A stretch of 64,000 bases of DNA from Thermoanaerobaculia bacterium (GCA_963664405.1 OY761158.1:4448001-4512000); one strand, 5' to 3'. Positions 1-9,918 are shown, numbered from the stretch's first letter. Made by a program: numbers and translations. Notes: generated by a model from the sequence alone, not told the origin.

Positions 1-614
1 CGGCTACCGCACCGATCGCGCTGATAGCCGACGTCGACGTGAAGCCGGTCGTTGACGAGCATCTCTTCTTCGTGCGTGGCGATCTGACCGAGGAGCAGCT
101 CAAGCGAGCCGGCATCGAGAACGCGGCAACCGTTGTCATCGTCGGCGACCGCTCTCTGGGCTACGTTGCGCGGGACGCCAAGGCCGTGCTGTCGGCGTTG
201 ACTGTCGAAAGCCTCAACCCTGACGTCTACTCGATCGTCGAGCTGGCCAGCGAGGCCAATGTTCGCCACTGCGAGCGTGCCCACGCGGATGAGATCATCG
301 TTGGCGCCGAGTTCAGCAGCCGGCTGATCTCGACCGCGACTTTAGACCATGGCATCTCAGCAGTCCTGCGTGAGCTGCTGAGCGCCCAGGTCGGCCACGA
401 CCTCATCACCGCACCGGTTCCAGAGGGGCTGGCGGGGCGCCCCTTTTTCGACGTGTTCACTGAGCTGAAGCGTGAGCACGGCATGATCGCCCTGGCAATC
501 CTGCGCCGTGAGGGCGGCGACGTCGTGACGAACCCTGACAGCGAAACCATCGTCAATGGCGACGATCGACTGGTAGTCGTCACGGCGGGCAAAACCGCCG
601 CCGCCTCATCGTGA
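1..614 (+). CDS. C-terminal RCK (TrkA-N/TrkA-C) part of a potassium channel protein, 5'-truncated by the window
   Basis: The frame is open from the window start. Motifs FVRGD..EEQLKRAGIENA, DAKAVLSALTVESLNPDVYSIVEL, HADEII and VVTNP...IVNGDDRLVVV are typical RCK domain sequence. Confidence 0.85.
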   Translation, partial: ATAPIALIADVDVKPVVDEHLFFVRGDLTEEQLKRAGIENAATVVIVGDRSLGYVARDAKAVLSALTVESLNPDVYSIVELASEANVRHCERAHADEIIVGAEFSSRLISTATLDHGISAVLRELLSAQVGHDLITAPVPEGLAGRPFFDVFTELKREHGMIALAILRREGGDVVTNPDSETIVNGDDRLVVVTAGKTAAASS

Positions 615-618
615 GACC

Positions 619-999
619 GTGATCGGTGTCTCGATCCTCGGTCGCATCGGCGCGATGCTGCGCAGCGAGCTCTCCGCCCGCCTTCACCAGCGGCGAGGTA
701 CGGCGAACAGCGAGGCGGGACGGCCCGTAGGGGGAGACTCCAGGTCACCACCGGCGCCCGCTGCGCCCCCCAGCAGCGGGCGGGCGCAGGACCCGGAGCT
801 CGCCCGCTACTATGCCAACCTCGAGCTGGTTTACGGTGCTGACGTCGGCGCGGTTCGGGAGGCCAGGCGACGGATGCTCAAGCGCTATCACCCAGACCTG
901 CACTCCACCGACCCCGAGAAGAGGCGCATTGCAACCGAGTTGGCCAAGGGACTCAATCGCGCCCATGACGAGATCGTACGCCGCCTGGGTCCCAAATAG
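619..999 (+). CDS. J-domain (DnaJ-like) protein
   Basis: The C-terminal YYANLEL...RRRMLKRYHPDLH...AKGLNRAHDEI contains the HPD motif. Confidence 0.85.
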   Translation: MIGVSILGRIGAMLRSELSARLHQRRGTANSEAGRPVGGDSRSPPAPAAPPSSGRAQDPELARYYANLELVYGADVGAVREARRRMLKRYHPDLHSTDPEKRRIATELAKGLNRAHDEIVRRLGPK

Positions 1000-1045
1000 C
1001 GGTAGGATCAAGATGACTGACGATGGCGCAAGGAGGTGTGGTTCG

Positions 1046-1441
1046 ATGTCTGAGAATCTAGACAGGGTCAAGGGCTACCTGCTTGAGCTTTCTCTTGAAA
1101 TCGTCGCAGAGAACGAGGCCGAGGAGCTCGTCGTTGTCGACGACGAAGACAACGGCATCAAGCAGCTGGTCATTGACTGTGAGCCCCCCATCGTGATTCT
1201 CGAACAGCTGATCGCCGAGGTGCCGGCGGAGCCGCGGGATCTTTTCGTTCGGCTCCTGCAGATGAACAACACCCTGGTGCACGGTGCCTTCGTACTCGAC
1301 GAGACCGCCGAGCGCATCTTCTTTCGCGACACGCTGCAGCTCGCCAATCTCGACCTCAACGAGCTCGAGGGCTCGATCCGGGCGCTGTCCCTGGCGCTGG
1401 CGGAGTACGGCTCCGAACTGCTCACCTACTTCAAGAAATAG
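1046..1441 (+). CDS. CesT/Tir-chaperone-like (YbjN-type) protein
   Basis: RBS AGGAGG at 1031-1036 and ATG at 1046. An acidic 131-aa protein with LLQMNNTLVHGAFVLD...IFFRDTLQLANLDLNELEGSI, directly upstream of pspA. Confidence 0.75.
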   Translation: MSENLDRVKGYLLELSLEIVAENEAEELVVVDDEDNGIKQLVIDCEPPIVILEQLIAEVPAEPRDLFVRLLQMNNTLVHGAFVLDETAERIFFRDTLQLANLDLNELEGSIRALSLALAEYGSELLTYFKK

Positions 1442-1464
1442 ACCCTGCTGAAGGAGATCCAGTC

Positions 1465-2190
1465 ATGGCGAGTATTTTCCGCCGGATGTTCAAGGTTGCC
1501 GAGTCCCATGCCCATGCCGCGGTTGACGGCCTCGAGGATCCAATCAAGATGACCGAGCAGGGCATCCGCGATCTCAAGAAGAACCTCCAAGCCGCTATGG
1601 TCAGTCTGGCGCAGGTGAAGTCGTTGGCCATCCGCATGGAGAAGGAGGCCTTGGATCACAAGAAGCGTGCCGCGGACTATGAGCGCAAGGCGATGTTGGT
1701 GCTCAAACGGATGGAGGCTGGGGAGATGGAAGCGGGCGAGGCCGAGCGTCTCGCTAGCGCGGCGTTGGAAAAGAAGGAAGAGGGGCTGCAACTGGCCGCC
1801 AGCGTGAGCACCGACCATCAGACGCAGCAGCGTATGGCCGATCAGCTCCAAGGCAAGGTTGAAGATCTGAAGCGCCAGATCGGCAAGTATGAGAACGAGG
1901 CCGTCACGCTGAAGGCGCGAGCACGCACCGCTTCGTCGATGCGCAAGATCAACCAGCAGTTGGCCGGCGGCGACGCGTCTGGCACCGTTGCCTTGCTCGA
2001 GAAGATGAAGCAGAAGGTCGAGGAAGAGGAGTCTCTGGCCGAGGCCTATGACCAGCTCGCAGACGTCGGCGGCACCATCGACGACGACTTAGAGCGGGCC
2101 CTTAGCGCGCCGTCGAGCAGCGCTGGAGCCGATTCGTTGGCCGAGTTAAAGAAGAAAATGGGCATCGGGGCCGCGCCGGATTCTGCGTAG
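1465..2190 (+). CDS. pspA: PspA/IM30 family protein
   Basis: MASIFRRMFKV amphipathic N-terminus, LEDPIKMTEQGIRDL, a long coiled coil, LKARARTA, LEKMKQKVEEEE and a terminal LAELKKKMG. Confidence 0.92.
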   Translation: MASIFRRMFKVAESHAHAAVDGLEDPIKMTEQGIRDLKKNLQAAMVSLAQVKSLAIRMEKEALDHKKRAADYERKAMLVLKRMEAGEMEAGEAERLASAALEKKEEGLQLAASVSTDHQTQQRMADQLQGKVEDLKRQIGKYENEAVTLKARARTASSMRKINQQLAGGDASGTVALLEKMKQKVEEEESLAEAYDQLADVGGTIDDDLERALSAPSSSAGADSLAELKKKMGIGAAPDSA

Positions 2191-2236
2191 CAAGCGGCGC
2201 CGCATCGCGAGGCCGCCGCCCTAGACGACGCTCAAG

Positions 2237-3931
2237 CTAAAGCGAGCTCGAGTGCTCGTAACCCACCTCACGCATCACTTCCTCGGCCGCGCGGACGCCG
2301 TGATACTGCGCTTCCTCGAAGAGCGAGATTCCACTCATGTCGGAGTGGGCGAAGCGGATTGCGCCGTGGCTCTCGGCGGCCGAGCGCCGCGCTTTGCCCC
2401 ACAGAAAGCCTGGCACGGGGCGAATCATCGCGTGCCCCCAGAGCATGACGTCCACGTGCGTAACCAGGGACTCGATCTCGGGGTGGGCCCGCACCAGATC
2501 GGCGAGGATCAACGACACCCAGTCGCTCCAGCTGCGGTTGAGCATCCAGGCTCTTGCCACCTCCGGGTTTGGCACTGTCAAGGGCAAGTAGTAGGTCAGC
2601 ACGCTCGGACCTGGTGCGATGCTCAAATTCTGGTGGGTAGCGACGACGTAGCCGAGGGACGGACTGTCGAAGAGCACGTTGTCCCAGGCAGCTCCCTCCG
2701 GCAGACGATCCACGGTGAGATTCGCCACCATCCATGGGCAGTAGGTGAAGGCATCGAGGTCAGGGCGCGCGTAGCCCTCGATGACATGGCTAGCGGTGAA
2801 ACGGGGTAGAGCGTAGATGACATGGCGCGCCCGAAAGCGCACGGCTGTTTCAGTCTCTGTGTCGATCGCGTCAACATGGACACCACCCGCCTCGGAGGCG
2901 GCGTGCTCGGCCTCGGTGGCCGGAGACAGCCGATAGACGAGCATGCCGGTCTTGACCTGTCGCTCCAGGCGGTCCATGTAGTGGCGGACGATGCGGCCGT
3001 TGCCCTCCGGCCAGGTCAAGTATTCGACGTCTTCAGGGCGCGAACAGAAGTAGTGCCAACCCGCCCAGGCCGAAGTGTTCTCGAGTGTGCAGCCGTAGTC
3101 GTCGCGGCAACAGTGGTCGACATACCAGCGCAGACGCGGCGAGGAAAAGCCGGCACGGTCGAAGTACTCGCGCATCGAGATCCCGTCAAGAGCGACGATC
3201 TCCGCGTCGCTGGTGCTCGCCGCGACCGGCAGGGCGAACGCCCGGCGGCCGCCCTCATCCCGATAGTCGCGATAGCGCCGGACCTGCGCCTCAAACGCGG
3301 CAAGCTCCCCAACGGCGCCGGTTCCATCGGGATCCATGAGGGCCCGCGCCGAGAGCCCTTCGTGCCACTCGCCGTCGACAAACAGCCGCTCCTGTGGGGC
3401 ATGGCAAAGATGCCGCGGGTCATAGATCGGCTCGTTGTCAGGCCCGTAGTCCTGAACCAGGCCCATCTCCTCCAGCAGCTCACAGACCGCGGTCGACTGG
3501 GCGTTCGGCACTGGCAAGTAGTGCGCGCCCCAGGGGTAGGCCGAGACATGATTCTGCCCCCAACGCGCGTTGCCGCCTACCTCAGACTCGAGCTCGAGCA
3601 ACGCGAAGTCGCGAAAGCCACTCTTGGCAAGCTTCCACGCCGCCGACAATCCGGCGATTCCGCCGCCGACGATCACCACCGGCACCTCGCGGGTCTGTTG
3701 CGGCTGCGGGAAGCCGCCTTCGCGCAGCCGGTGGCCAGTCTGATGTGATGCACCAACGATAGCCCCAGCGATCGCGCCGCTAGCGAGCCGATCAGGCAGT
3801 GGCGGCGCTCGACACGAAGAGTGGAACGCGATCGCCGCCGCAGCACCAGGGCCGATGCGCATCAGGTCTCTGCGGGTCAGCAGGGGTGGCGATCCCGTCG
3901 GTCCGCTCCCTGGCACTCGACGGTCTCTCAT
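2237..3931 (-). CDS. FAD-dependent (amine oxidase-like) oxidoreductase with possible twin-arginine leader
   Basis: The ATG overlaps the upstream stop (ATGA at 3928-3931). Motifs: TRRDLM leader, VVIVGGGIAGLSAAW Rossmann motif, LELESEVGGNA, YPWGAHY, WGHAM and FAHSDMSGISLFEEA. Confidence 0.85.
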   Translation of the reverse strand: MRDRRVPGSGPTGSPPLLTRRDLMRIGPGAAAAIAFHSSCRAPPLPDRLASGAIAGAIVGASHQTGHRLREGGFPQPQQTREVPVVIVGGGIAGLSAAWKLAKSGFRDFALLELESEVGGNARWGQNHVSAYPWGAHYLPVPNAQSTAVCELLEEMGLVQDYGPDNEPIYDPRHLCHAPQERLFVDGEWHEGLSARALMDPDGTGAVGELAAFEAQVRRYRDYRDEGGRRAFALPVAASTSDAEIVALDGISMREYFDRAGFSSPRLRWYVDHCCRDDYGCTLENTSAWAGWHYFCSRPEDVEYLTWPEGNGRIVRHYMDRLERQVKTGMLVYRLSPATEAEHAASEAGGVHVDAIDTETETAVRFRARHVIYALPRFTASHVIEGYARPDLDAFTYCPWMVANLTVDRLPEGAAWDNVLFDSPSLGYVVATHQNLSIAPGPSVLTYYLPLTVPNPEVARAWMLNRSWSDWVSLILADLVRAHPEIESLVTHVDVMLWGHAMIRPVPGFLWGKARRSAAESHGAIRFAHSDMSGISLFEEAQYHGVRAAEEVMREVGYEHSSSL

Positions 3932-5475
3932 CGTACGTACTGGTTCCAGCCGTCTGCGTGGTACCGCACCAGAATCTGGTTGTTGAGGTGATTCACCTCG
4001 ACCGGAACCGCAGCTAGATCGGTTGGAAACTCGAACAACGTGCGTGCGATCTCCGGAGTCAGAAAGCGTAGCGCTGCAGGGAAACGATCGGGAAGCTGAA
4101 ACGGCTCTCGCGACGCCGCGACGAAGCCCCACTCGCCAAAGGAAGGCACCGCAGCGTGATAGGGAGCCGCGTTGAGCCCCGCCGCGCGCACCGTCTCGAC
4201 GATGCACCAGAACGCTTGACGGGAGACGAGGGGAGATGTGCTCTGGATCGCCACGATGCCGCCGGCATTGAGGCGGGCCGCGAGCCTGCGATAGAAGGTG
4301 GTCGTGTAGAGCTTACCGAGGGAGTAGTTCCTGGGGTCTGGGAAGTCGACGACGATGAAGTCGTAGCGGCCGGTCTCCTCGGCGAGCCAGACGAACGCGT
4401 CGGCGTTGATCACCTCGACTCGGGGCGAGCGCAGAGCGTAGTCGTTGAGCTGGGAAAACGAGTCATGGGCAGCGAAGATCTCGGTCATCATCGGGTCGAG
4501 GTCGACAAGAGTGATGCTCTCGACGCGGTCGTCTTTGAGGATCTCACGCACCGCCATCCCATCACCGCCGCCAAGCACCAGCGTCCGGCGCGGCGCCGCA
4601 ACCGCGGCCAGACCCGGATGGACCAGCGCTTCGTGGTAGCGGTATTCGTCGGTGGACGAGAATTGCAGGTTGCCGTCGAGGAACAGACGCACTTCGCCTC
4701 GGGCCTGCGTGAGCACGATGCGCTGATACTGAGACGAGCGCGAAAGGATCACAGGGTCGTCATACAACTTGCGCTCGGATCGCTCCATCAGGTGGTCCGA
4801 GAACACCGCGCCAACCACAAGCAGGACAAGAGCGAGATAAGCCTGGGCAGTGAGCCAAGGCCGACGATGTTGACGGCGAAAGAGATGACAGGTCCAGACC
4901 GCGACCAGCGCGTTCAATACACCGAACACGAACGAGGAGCGCATCAACCCGACCCGTGGCACCAACCACAGCGGAAACAACAACGAGGCCGCCAGCGCGC
5001 CGAGGTAGTCGAGCGAGAGCACCTTCGAGACAAGGTCGTGCAGCGGAAACTGATCCTCGAGGATGCGGATCAGAAAAGGGATCTCCAAGCCGACAAGTAC
5101 TCCGGTCGCTGCCACCCAGCCATAGAGCACGAGCCGGAAAGTGTCAATCTCGGAGAACGCGAAGAAGAGAACGGGCGACGAAATGCCGCCGACTACGCTC
5201 ACCAGGATCTCGATCTCGATGAAGCGCGTCACCAGATCGCGGTGAAAGTAGCGCGACCAGAAAGAGCCAACCCCCATGGAAAACAGATAGACACCGATGA
5301 TCGTCGAGAACTGCGTGACGCTGTCGCCCAGGAGATAGCTGGCAATGGTGCCCGCCAGCAGCTCGTAGATCAGCCCGCAGGTGGCGATGGTGAAGACAGA
5401 GACCAGGAGCGCCCGAGTCTTGGTGCCGCTCCCCTCGGTCAGCGCTGGTCGCGAATCGCTGGAAAACTCCGACAA
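3928..5475 (-). CDS. speE: Membrane-domain-fused polyamine aminopropyltransferase (spermidine synthase)
   Basis: N-terminal transmembrane helices (CGLIYELLAGTIASYLLGDSV), then LFLDGNLQFS, YHEALVHP, LVLGGGDG, VDLDP, DFPDP and VPSFGEWGF. The start (TTG at 5475) is uncertain. Confidence 0.88.
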   Translation of the reverse strand: MSEFSSDSRPALTEGSGTKTRALLVSVFTIATCGLIYELLAGTIASYLLGDSVTQFSTIIGVYLFSMGVGSFWSRYFHRDLVTRFIEIEILVSVVGGISSPVLFFAFSEIDTFRLVLYGWVAATGVLVGLEIPFLIRILEDQFPLHDLVSKVLSLDYLGALAASLLFPLWLVPRVGLMRSSFVFGVLNALVAVWTCHLFRRQHRRPWLTAQAYLALVLLVVGAVFSDHLMERSERKLYDDPVILSRSSQYQRIVLTQARGEVRLFLDGNLQFSSTDEYRYHEALVHPGLAAVAAPRRTLVLGGGDGMAVREILKDDRVESITLVDLDPMMTEIFAAHDSFSQLNDYALRSPRVEVINADAFVWLAEETGRYDFIVVDFPDPRNYSLGKLYTTTFYRRLAARLNAGGIVAIQSTSPLVSRQAFWCIVETVRAAGLNAAPYHAAVPSFGEWGFVAASREPFQLPDRFPAALRFLTPEIARTLFEFPTDLAAVPVEVNHLNNQILVRYHADGWNQYVR

Positions 5476-5479
5476 ACCT

Positions 5480-6375
5480 TTAGCCCTCGGGCGCCACGCC
5501 AAGGGCGACCAGACCGACGTACTCGCGTGCTTCAGTCTGCGAAAATGGCTGCATAAAGGGCCCCGCGCGCACATCCCTCGCCCGCTCAGCGATGCCGAGA
5601 AAGACCGCAACCAGAGTGAGATTGCCAAGTGTGCGCCCCATCAGCACACCGGGGTTCCAGTGGCCCCAACGACCGGCGATCTGAACCGACCCGTCTGGGA
5701 TAGCGCAGCCGTTGAAGAGAACTGATTGGCTGCCCGAAGCGCGCATCCCCAACGCGTCCCAGTCGTTCTGTGGCTCGAGGCCGGGAGTATCCATCGGCAC
5801 GAAGGCGAAGCCGATCCGATCCCTTCGGGGTCGGGTACCCGCAGATTCAACACCATCAGGTTGGCGATCGGTGACAGGGTGACAAAGATCTTGCGCCCGT
5901 CAAGCCTCCAGCCGCCATCTACTCGAGTGGCCGTTGTACTTGGCCGCAGAAAGGCGGTGCCCGCCTCGGTGGCTGTCGCGCAGATCACCAGCTCGCCCCC
6001 CGCACTTGCGCGCAGGGGCCCTTCGTTGTGCTCCCGCGCCGCCACGTCACCAGAAGCGACCGCGGCCCGCCAGCCCTCGGCCATCCGCCGGCTGACCGCA
6101 AGATGCATGTTCAACGCGATCGCTGTCGAGGAATCAGCCCGACCCAAACGCTCGAGACCTGCGGCCCAATCCTGCACCGAGTCGAGGCCGAGGCCGCCGA
6201 GCCGTTCAGGGACGAAGGCTGCAACGGCGCCACTGCGTTTCAGATCTTCGAAGTTCTCTTCCGCAAACGAAGCGTCGCGATCGTGGGCGCCGGCGCGTTG
6301 CCGGAACACCTCCTGATGTTCCTCGGCAATGGCGACAAAACGGCGACCAGCCTCGCTGCACGGCTGTAGTTCCAT
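5480..6375 (-). pseudogene. Acyl-CoA dehydrogenase family gene, frameshifted and internally deleted
   Basis: Motifs HDRDASF, GGLG, GWRLDGRKIFVTLS and WDALGMRASGSQSV. The frame changes near 5810. GIAERARD joins directly to the C-terminal RDVRAGPFMQPF, so the helical domain is missing. Confidence 0.75.
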
Positions 6376-6422
6376 AGTGGGCAACCTCCAAGGATCAGCA
6401 GGCTATCTCAACAGAAGAGCGC

Positions 6423-6914
6423 TCATCGCTCGTCCAGCTCCACCCAATCGAAACCGGCTGCTTCTTCTTGGGGCACCATCGACTCGTGTATGCGCCACAG
6501 CAGCAAGCCATCTTCCGCCTCTCTTGTCTTGAGAAAGAGGAGAGTGGTACGGCGCGCGTGGCGAGAACGGGCAACGGCACGGGCACCGCTCTGTAGCTCG
6601 ATCACCTCCGCGACGACTACCTTCTCGCCCTCGAGGAGAAGCCTCGTGTAGCGGCGAGGTGTAGCGATGCGAATCTCGGTGTTGCTCCCCCACGCCGCAC
6701 GCAGATCGAGCCAGAAGGCACCGTCAACACTCGAGGCACCGTCGGTGAATACATAGGAAAGCTCGCTGTGGACCGCCCTCGTGATCTCGCCAAACGCCTC
6801 GTCCGTCTCAGGCACAGAACCGTTGAACCAGCCCTGGATACCGTCGTTGATAGCACTGAAGATGCGATGCACTGCGTCCTCGACGAGCGAAGACGAGCTC
6901 TCTCGTGGACACAT
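6423..6914 (-). CDS. Hypothetical protein, possibly NTF2/SnoaL-like (DUF4440-like)
   Basis: Clean 163-aa ORF with an alpha+beta pattern ending RRTTLLF...LLLWRIHES. The fold assignment is by resemblance only. Confidence 0.5.
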   Translation of the reverse strand: MCPRESSSSLVEDAVHRIFSAINDGIQGWFNGSVPETDEAFGEITRAVHSELSYVFTDGASSVDGAFWLDLRAAWGSNTEIRIATPRRYTRLLLEGEKVVVAEVIELQSGARAVARSRHARRTTLLFLKTREAEDGLLLWRIHESMVPQEEAAGFDWVELDER

Positions 6915-7266
6915 CGGCGTACTCTCTCACAGGAGAGAGGCAGGAAGCGCACGATCGAGCGCTGTCGCAGGGCAGGGGCCCCCTGAACAGGCCTGCAGGG
7001 TCGCTCCGGCAACCGTTAGAGCTCTGAAAGAGAACCACTCCGATTCTCTGGCGCTTGCGACCATCTGGATCTGGCCCAAGGTCGGCGAGAGCTGGCCCCG
7101 AACACCCCGTAGGGTGCGATAAATCGGCCGAATGCTAACTCACGTGTCGAGAGCTAGTTGCAAGTCCCGTTGTGCACGAGAAAGCGGCTGATGCGAGTCA
7201 GGAGGAGGTCTCTCCGACCAGAAGATCCCGGAAGATCCCCGATCTTCTCCTCGCTTTCTGGCGAGA

Positions 7267-7520
7267 TCAGCCAGTGTGGAGCAGCAGCTCCAACTGGCCC
7301 AGCCCTGCAGCCCACTCCACCCAAGTGTTCAAAATAGCGATACTTGGGGTGTTCAAAATAGGGTTACTTGGGGATACCACACCATGTACCAGTCCGGTTA
7401 GGAGTCCTTCTGGCCTTGGTTCTGCTACCCATTTCGGCCTCAGCTCGCCTTCGACCTCAATCGGGCCAATCAGCTGCTGGACCACCTGTCGAGCCTGCGG
7501 CGTGTTAGCCCGGAGGATCG
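7267..7520 (-). pseudogene. Probable C-terminal remnant of a large serine recombinase
   Basis: ILRANTPQARQVVQQLIGPIEV...WVAEPRPEGLL..LVHGVVSPS resembles large serine recombinase tails. It is fused to an IS3 orfA fragment. Confidence 0.45.
7325..7372. repeat. Tandem 24-bp direct repeat (22/24 identical), possible att scar
   Basis: gtgttcaaaatagcgatacttggg followed immediately by gtgttcaaaatagggttacttggg. Confidence 0.8.
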
Positions 7521-7766
7521 CGCGCCCCTCGCCCGGAAACGCACGCTCTCCTTCCTCGTCGAAGAGCCTCTTCCAGCGACGAAGCCGCTCCGGACGAATA
7601 CCAAGCTCGCGAGCTACCTGGCTCGAACTCTGCCCCTCTTCGCTCGCCAGACGATTGCCTGCTTCTTGAACTCTCGATCGAATCGCCGTCGCTTCGAACT
7701 CATTCGAACACCTCGTCGGCCCATTCTCAGGCCAATCTCGGTGTCCACCAAACCCGCTAGGGCTCA
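7521..7766 (-). mobile_element. IS3-family left end plus truncated orfA
   Basis: The end TGAGCC...GTGGACACC resembles the IS3 end at 49469. orfA reads MSSKRRRFDREFKKQA..., frameshifting into VARELGIRPERLRRWK...AFPGEG. Confidence 0.75.
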
Positions 7767-7781
7767 CTCCGCCTCACATCA

Positions 7782-8549
7782 TCATGGCTTGAGGAGTGCT
7801 ACGGTGTCTTGCTGGGGATGGTCTCGCGCTGAGAGTACCTCATACGGAGTGAATCCCTCATGGTTTTTTTGAGTGCGATCAGCTCCGTGCTGAATGAGCA
7901 GCTCAGCAATGCGGACTCCAAGATTCATCTTGGCGACAATGTGCAGCGGTGTATTCCCCTCGGCATCCGTGATCGTGGGATCTGCACCACGGTCCAGGAG
8001 ACGCTGCGCTTTGTCCTCGTCCCAAGTCTGGGTGGCATAGTGCAGCGGCGTCGCGCCCTTCTTATTCTGAACCTGGACGACAGCTCCTTGCTCCAGGAGG
8101 AAGGTGAAAATCTCAATCGGGGTTGTCCGGGATGCCGACATCAGCGGGGTATTGCCGTGGCGATCGCGCGCTTCCACATCTGCCCCATGCGCGATGAGGT
8201 GCTTGGTGACCGCTAGGTTGTCCCGAAAAATCGCGTTGTGCAGCGCAATCCTCCCACCTCCACCCGTGTTCGTGTCGGCCCCCTGTTCCAAGAGCCACAC
8301 GGCCAGATCCGTATAGCCATGGGTGATGGCAATATTTAACACCGTATCCCGGTAGGGGGCGTTCCTCGCTTCAAGCTCCGCACCGTTGGCCAGCGCATCC
8401 TGGAGGGCACTGAGGTCACCGGTTTTTGCCGCGTCAAATGCCTGAGCCTGGATCGCATCCGGACTCTCCTCGGCCACAAGCTCAACAGACAGCCCCATCG
8501 CCACGAGCAGGCCTGCCATGAGACTGAACCGAGATGCTAGTTTCATCAT
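7782..8549 (-). CDS. Secreted ankyrin-repeat protein
   Basis: Signal-peptide-like N-terminus (MMKLASRFSLMAGLLVAMG). Repeated ankyrin motifs: GNTPLMSA, GATPLHYA, GNTPLHIVA, LLEQGADTN and LIQHGAD. Confidence 0.9.
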   Translation of the reverse strand: MMKLASRFSLMAGLLVAMGLSVELVAEESPDAIQAQAFDAAKTGDLSALQDALANGAELEARNAPYRDTVLNIAITHGYTDLAVWLLEQGADTNTGGGGRIALHNAIFRDNLAVTKHLIAHGADVEARDRHGNTPLMSASRTTPIEIFTFLLEQGAVVQVQNKKGATPLHYATQTWDEDKAQRLLDRGADPTITDAEGNTPLHIVAKMNLGVRIAELLIQHGADRTQKNHEGFTPYEVLSARDHPQQDTVALLKP

Positions 8550-8908
8550 TCCACCCAATGTTGAGCGATCCCGGCAGAGTCGGATCGCCGAAGAGGTCGT
8601 TACGGTCAACCGCACCGACTCCTTAGTATAAGCTCGATTTCTTTCAACCGGGGCAACGAGACTTACGACACTTGCCAGGCCGCTATCTTTCATCCTGAAC
8701 CCCTGGTCTTGCGCCGCCACTGCTCTCGTTGCATTTCTTCCTCGTCTGCGCGGCTCATGAGCGTGGCGCGAGTCCAGGAAGTCATGCTGAGGTGGGACGC
8801 CTCCGCTGCATCTCTGATTCTCTGGAACTTGGCTAAGCCGAAGTGGGTTGCGAGGTACAACAAGAAGCTCGCCAAGCAGGCGACGAAGGGACGGTAGAGG
8901 GTAACACC

Positions 8909-9172
8909 GTGAAACTAGTTGGGCAGCGTCTGACTGCAGCAGTCCGGCTTCTTTCAGGAATGATCAGTGGTCGTCACCTGAACGTCAAGGTCGACGTATC
9001 CCCTGCGGTCGGGGAGAATCTCTGGGAATTCGAGGACGCAAGGGACGACCTTGGCCGATTTCCGATAAGCCTCGTAATGAAACTCATAGACGGAGGGCTG
9101 CTCGAAAAGGATCTCGAGAGCGGCAACCTGTTTATCACTGACGAAGGGAGGCGCTGGCTAGGGGAGCCGTAG
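8909..9172 (+). CDS. Hypothetical protein, possible winged-helix tail
   Basis: GTG start. It ends LIDGGLLEKD...LFITDEGRRWL and overlaps the 3' part of the opposite-strand ORF. Confidence 0.35.
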   Translation: MKLVGQRLTAAVRLLSGMISGRHLNVKVDVSPAVGENLWEFEDARDDLGRFPISLVMKLIDGGLLEKDLESGNLFITDEGRRWLGEP

Positions 9173-9645
9173 GGTGCGGTGCCGATGCGGCACGCGCGCA
9201 AGCCCCGAATCAGATCCACGCTCTGGTCACCAATGGACCCGCTCCCAGAGTCCCAAAGACAGGCCACCTCGATCTCCTTGTAATCGAGAGCCCACCTTTG
9301 CCCGCTGTCGCCATAGCGTTTGAGAGTCCAGGGGCATACGGCCTCCTGTCCCTGGGGCCCGAGGACTACCAGCTCAGCGACGACATCAAAGCCGACTCCC
9401 TGCATGCTGTCGAACACCTCGAGCTGGTCTAGGAGATCTCTGGCGAGTTCCTCCATCGCGAACCAACCGACACACCTCTCTACTTCACCCTTCGTGCCGT
9501 AGAGGTAGAAGTGTTGCCAGCCGGTGTTTCCGCCGGCGGCGTCTTCGCGGATGTCGTAGCGCCACCAGATTAGCGGGCCCGGGCGGGCGACTTCAGGGTC
9601 GAGGGGGTCGCGGGCGGCTTCTGTAGACTTGTCTAAGCTGGACAT
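8974..9645 (-). CDS. Hypothetical protein
   Basis: RBS AAGGAG and ATG at 9645, downstream of the XRE gene. No family recognised, and the 3' extent is doubtful. Confidence 0.45.
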   Translation of the reverse strand: MSSLDKSTEAARDPLDPEVARPGPLIWWRYDIREDAAGGNTGWQHFYLYGTKGEVERCVGWFAMEELARDLLDQLEVFDSMQGVGFDVVAELVVLGPQGQEAVCPWTLKRYGDSGQRWALDYKEIEVACLWDSGSGSIGDQSVDLIRGLRACRIGTAPYGSPSQRLPSSVINRLPLSRSFSSSPPSMSFITRLIGNRPRSSLASSNSQRFSPTAGDTSTLTFR

Positions 9646-9705
9646 AGGGGAATCTCCTTTGTCTGGTGAGGGCCTCGGGGGAGTCACTAGCTCCCCTGGT
9701 GCCCG

Positions 9706-9918
9706 TTATTCGTCGGCGCCGGTCTTCTTCGTCAACTCCAATCCCAGGTACTCGGCCAAGCGATCGAGCGTCGTGGTATTGAGCCCGCGCTCGCCACGCA
9801 TGAAGCGGGAAAGCTGCGAGTCGCTGACGCCGGTTTGCCTCCCGAGTTCGTTGAGAGACTCACCGCTCTCGGCGATCGCCTGCTTCACCTGGTTGCTGAT
9901 GATAAGGACGGGTGCCAC
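9706..9918 (-). CDS. XRE/Cro-C1 helix-turn-helix protein
   Basis: SLNELGRQTGVSDSQLSRFMRGERGLNTTTLDRLAEYLGLEL. Confidence 0.85.
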   Translation of the reverse strand: MAPVLIISNQVKQAIAESGESLNELGRQTGVSDSQLSRFMRGERGLNTTTLDRLAEYLGLELTKKTGADE

